DNA of 44,023 bases. Source: a virus. Its lineage: Duplodnaviria; Caudoviricetes. This document shows positions 43,445-44,023 of this stretch, one piece after another (positions within the stretch are counted from its first letter, which is position 1; every line of letters starts with the position of its first letter). The stretch spans positions 1 to 44,023 of IMG/VR virus record IMGVR_UViG_3300017700_000404; one strand, given 5' to 3'. A program made the position numbers and the translations under genes. Under the pieces are notes generated by a model, which was not told the DNA's origin, did not search any database, and was given only the letters and a program-made list of their open reading frames with translations.

Positions 43445-43858
43445 TTAACCTGCTACTAATTTCTTTGGACGTGCACGAGGATCAATAGTAGCACCGAGCA
43501 ATGCAGTATCAGCATCACGTTGCAATTGAAGTTCATCGTAGCAGCCAGCATAGCCAGCAACATCCAAGATGGAATCTTTGTGGTCAGGAGACTTAGCAAG
43601 TCGTGCAATTTTAACTTGCATCATCAGCAGTGCTACATCTTCTGGTGTGATGTGAGCTCCAGGTTGTAGCTTGGTAGCTAGTGTTCCTTGGAACAGCATT
43701 GCAATCTGCGTAAAGTTCTGCAACTTGCCGCCGTACTCTTGCTCGCGAGGGCCACTGATAGTAGCAGCTGCTTCTGACAGCAAACTGGTTCGCAGTGGAG
43801 CAGGTTTGATGGATGGATCTATCTTAGCAACAGCATCAGGACTTTGTCGTTTCTTCAT
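43445..43858 (-). CDS. DUF6378-like protein
   Basis: LLSEAAATISGPREQEYG...NFTQIA...DVALLMMQVKIAR...HKDSILDVAGYA. Confidence 0.8.
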   Translation of the reverse strand: MKKRQSPDAVAKIDPSIKPAPLRTSLLSEAAATISGPREQEYGGKLQNFTQIAMLFQGTLATKLQPGAHITPEDVALLMMQVKIARLAKSPDHKDSILDVAGYAGCYDELQLQRDADTALLGATIDPRARPKKLVAG

Positions 43859-44023
43859 TTGAATAACTCCAAGATTGAACCGGAGCTATCTTTGGACTCT
43901 AGCTCTTTGCCGCTCCGGCTACCAAGAACAATTGAGTTAGAGTAGGTGCTACTACTAGCAAATTTGTGCTTGCCATTTACCTTCTCTGCATAAATAACAT
44001 CATCAAAGTACTTGGCAAATGTC
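43855..44023 (-). CDS. Sak4-like ATPase, 3' part across the circular junction
   Basis: Frame continues ...GSRSGKELESKDSSGSILELFK*; TGA at 43855-43857 overlaps the ATG of the next gene. Confidence 0.8.
   Translation of the reverse strand, partial: TFAKYFDDVIYAEKVNGKHKFASSSTYSNSIVLGSRSGKELESKDSSGSILELFK
43901..44023. repeat. Terminal direct repeat / circular assembly overlap (copy 2)
   Basis: Identical to 1-123. Confidence 0.95.

Noticed and set aside
43901-44023. 123-bp end repeat as a biological terminal repeat
   Set aside because: It falls inside a continuous ATPase reading frame, so it is best explained as assembler circular overlap; true ends are more likely in 11.7-13.6 kb or permuted
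1-44023. Stop-codon reassignment suggested by abundant TAG trinucleotides
   Set aside because: Genes are full length and densely packed in the standard code, and TAG terminates genes at 18770 and 26846
1-44023. Temperate lifestyle, modified-base (purZ/7-deazaguanine) pathway or diversity-generating retroelement
   Set aside because: No integrase, repressor, parA, base-modification enzymes or reverse transcriptase recognised

Overview
The window is an apparently complete, circularly assembled ~43.9 kb tailed dsDNA phage genome; bases 1-123 repeat exactly at 43901-44023. It is podovirus-like, with no tape-measure/tail-tube module, RNA polymerase, integrase or recognisable primase. The minus-strand arm (about 11.7 kb to 1, continuing 43.9 kb to 37.1 kb) carries early and replication genes: RecD/Dda-like helicase, Cas4-like nuclease, Sak4-like ATPase spanning the junction, SSB-like protein, family A DNA polymerase, DUF3987-like ATPase and MazG-like protein. 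The plus-strand arm (13.6-37.2 kb) carries terminase, portal, scaffold, major capsid, tail, holin/endolysin and ejection proteins. The most notable observations are: (1) a 99-aa Tat-signal-like protein (42065-42364) built from two re-ordered pieces of the phage's own major capsid protein, conserved in amino acids but diverged at synonymous sites, a candidate capsid decoy; (2) a complete sigma54 promoter with NtrC-like enhancer sites, an IHF site and DnaA boxes (12366-12545) driving a lone gene that looks like a distant paralog of a sigma70-driven gene, both ending I(S/T)MDDL; (3) a bipartite candidate late-promoter motif; (4) an inverted iteron-like candidate origin. All family assignments come from motif recognition by eye, not database searches.
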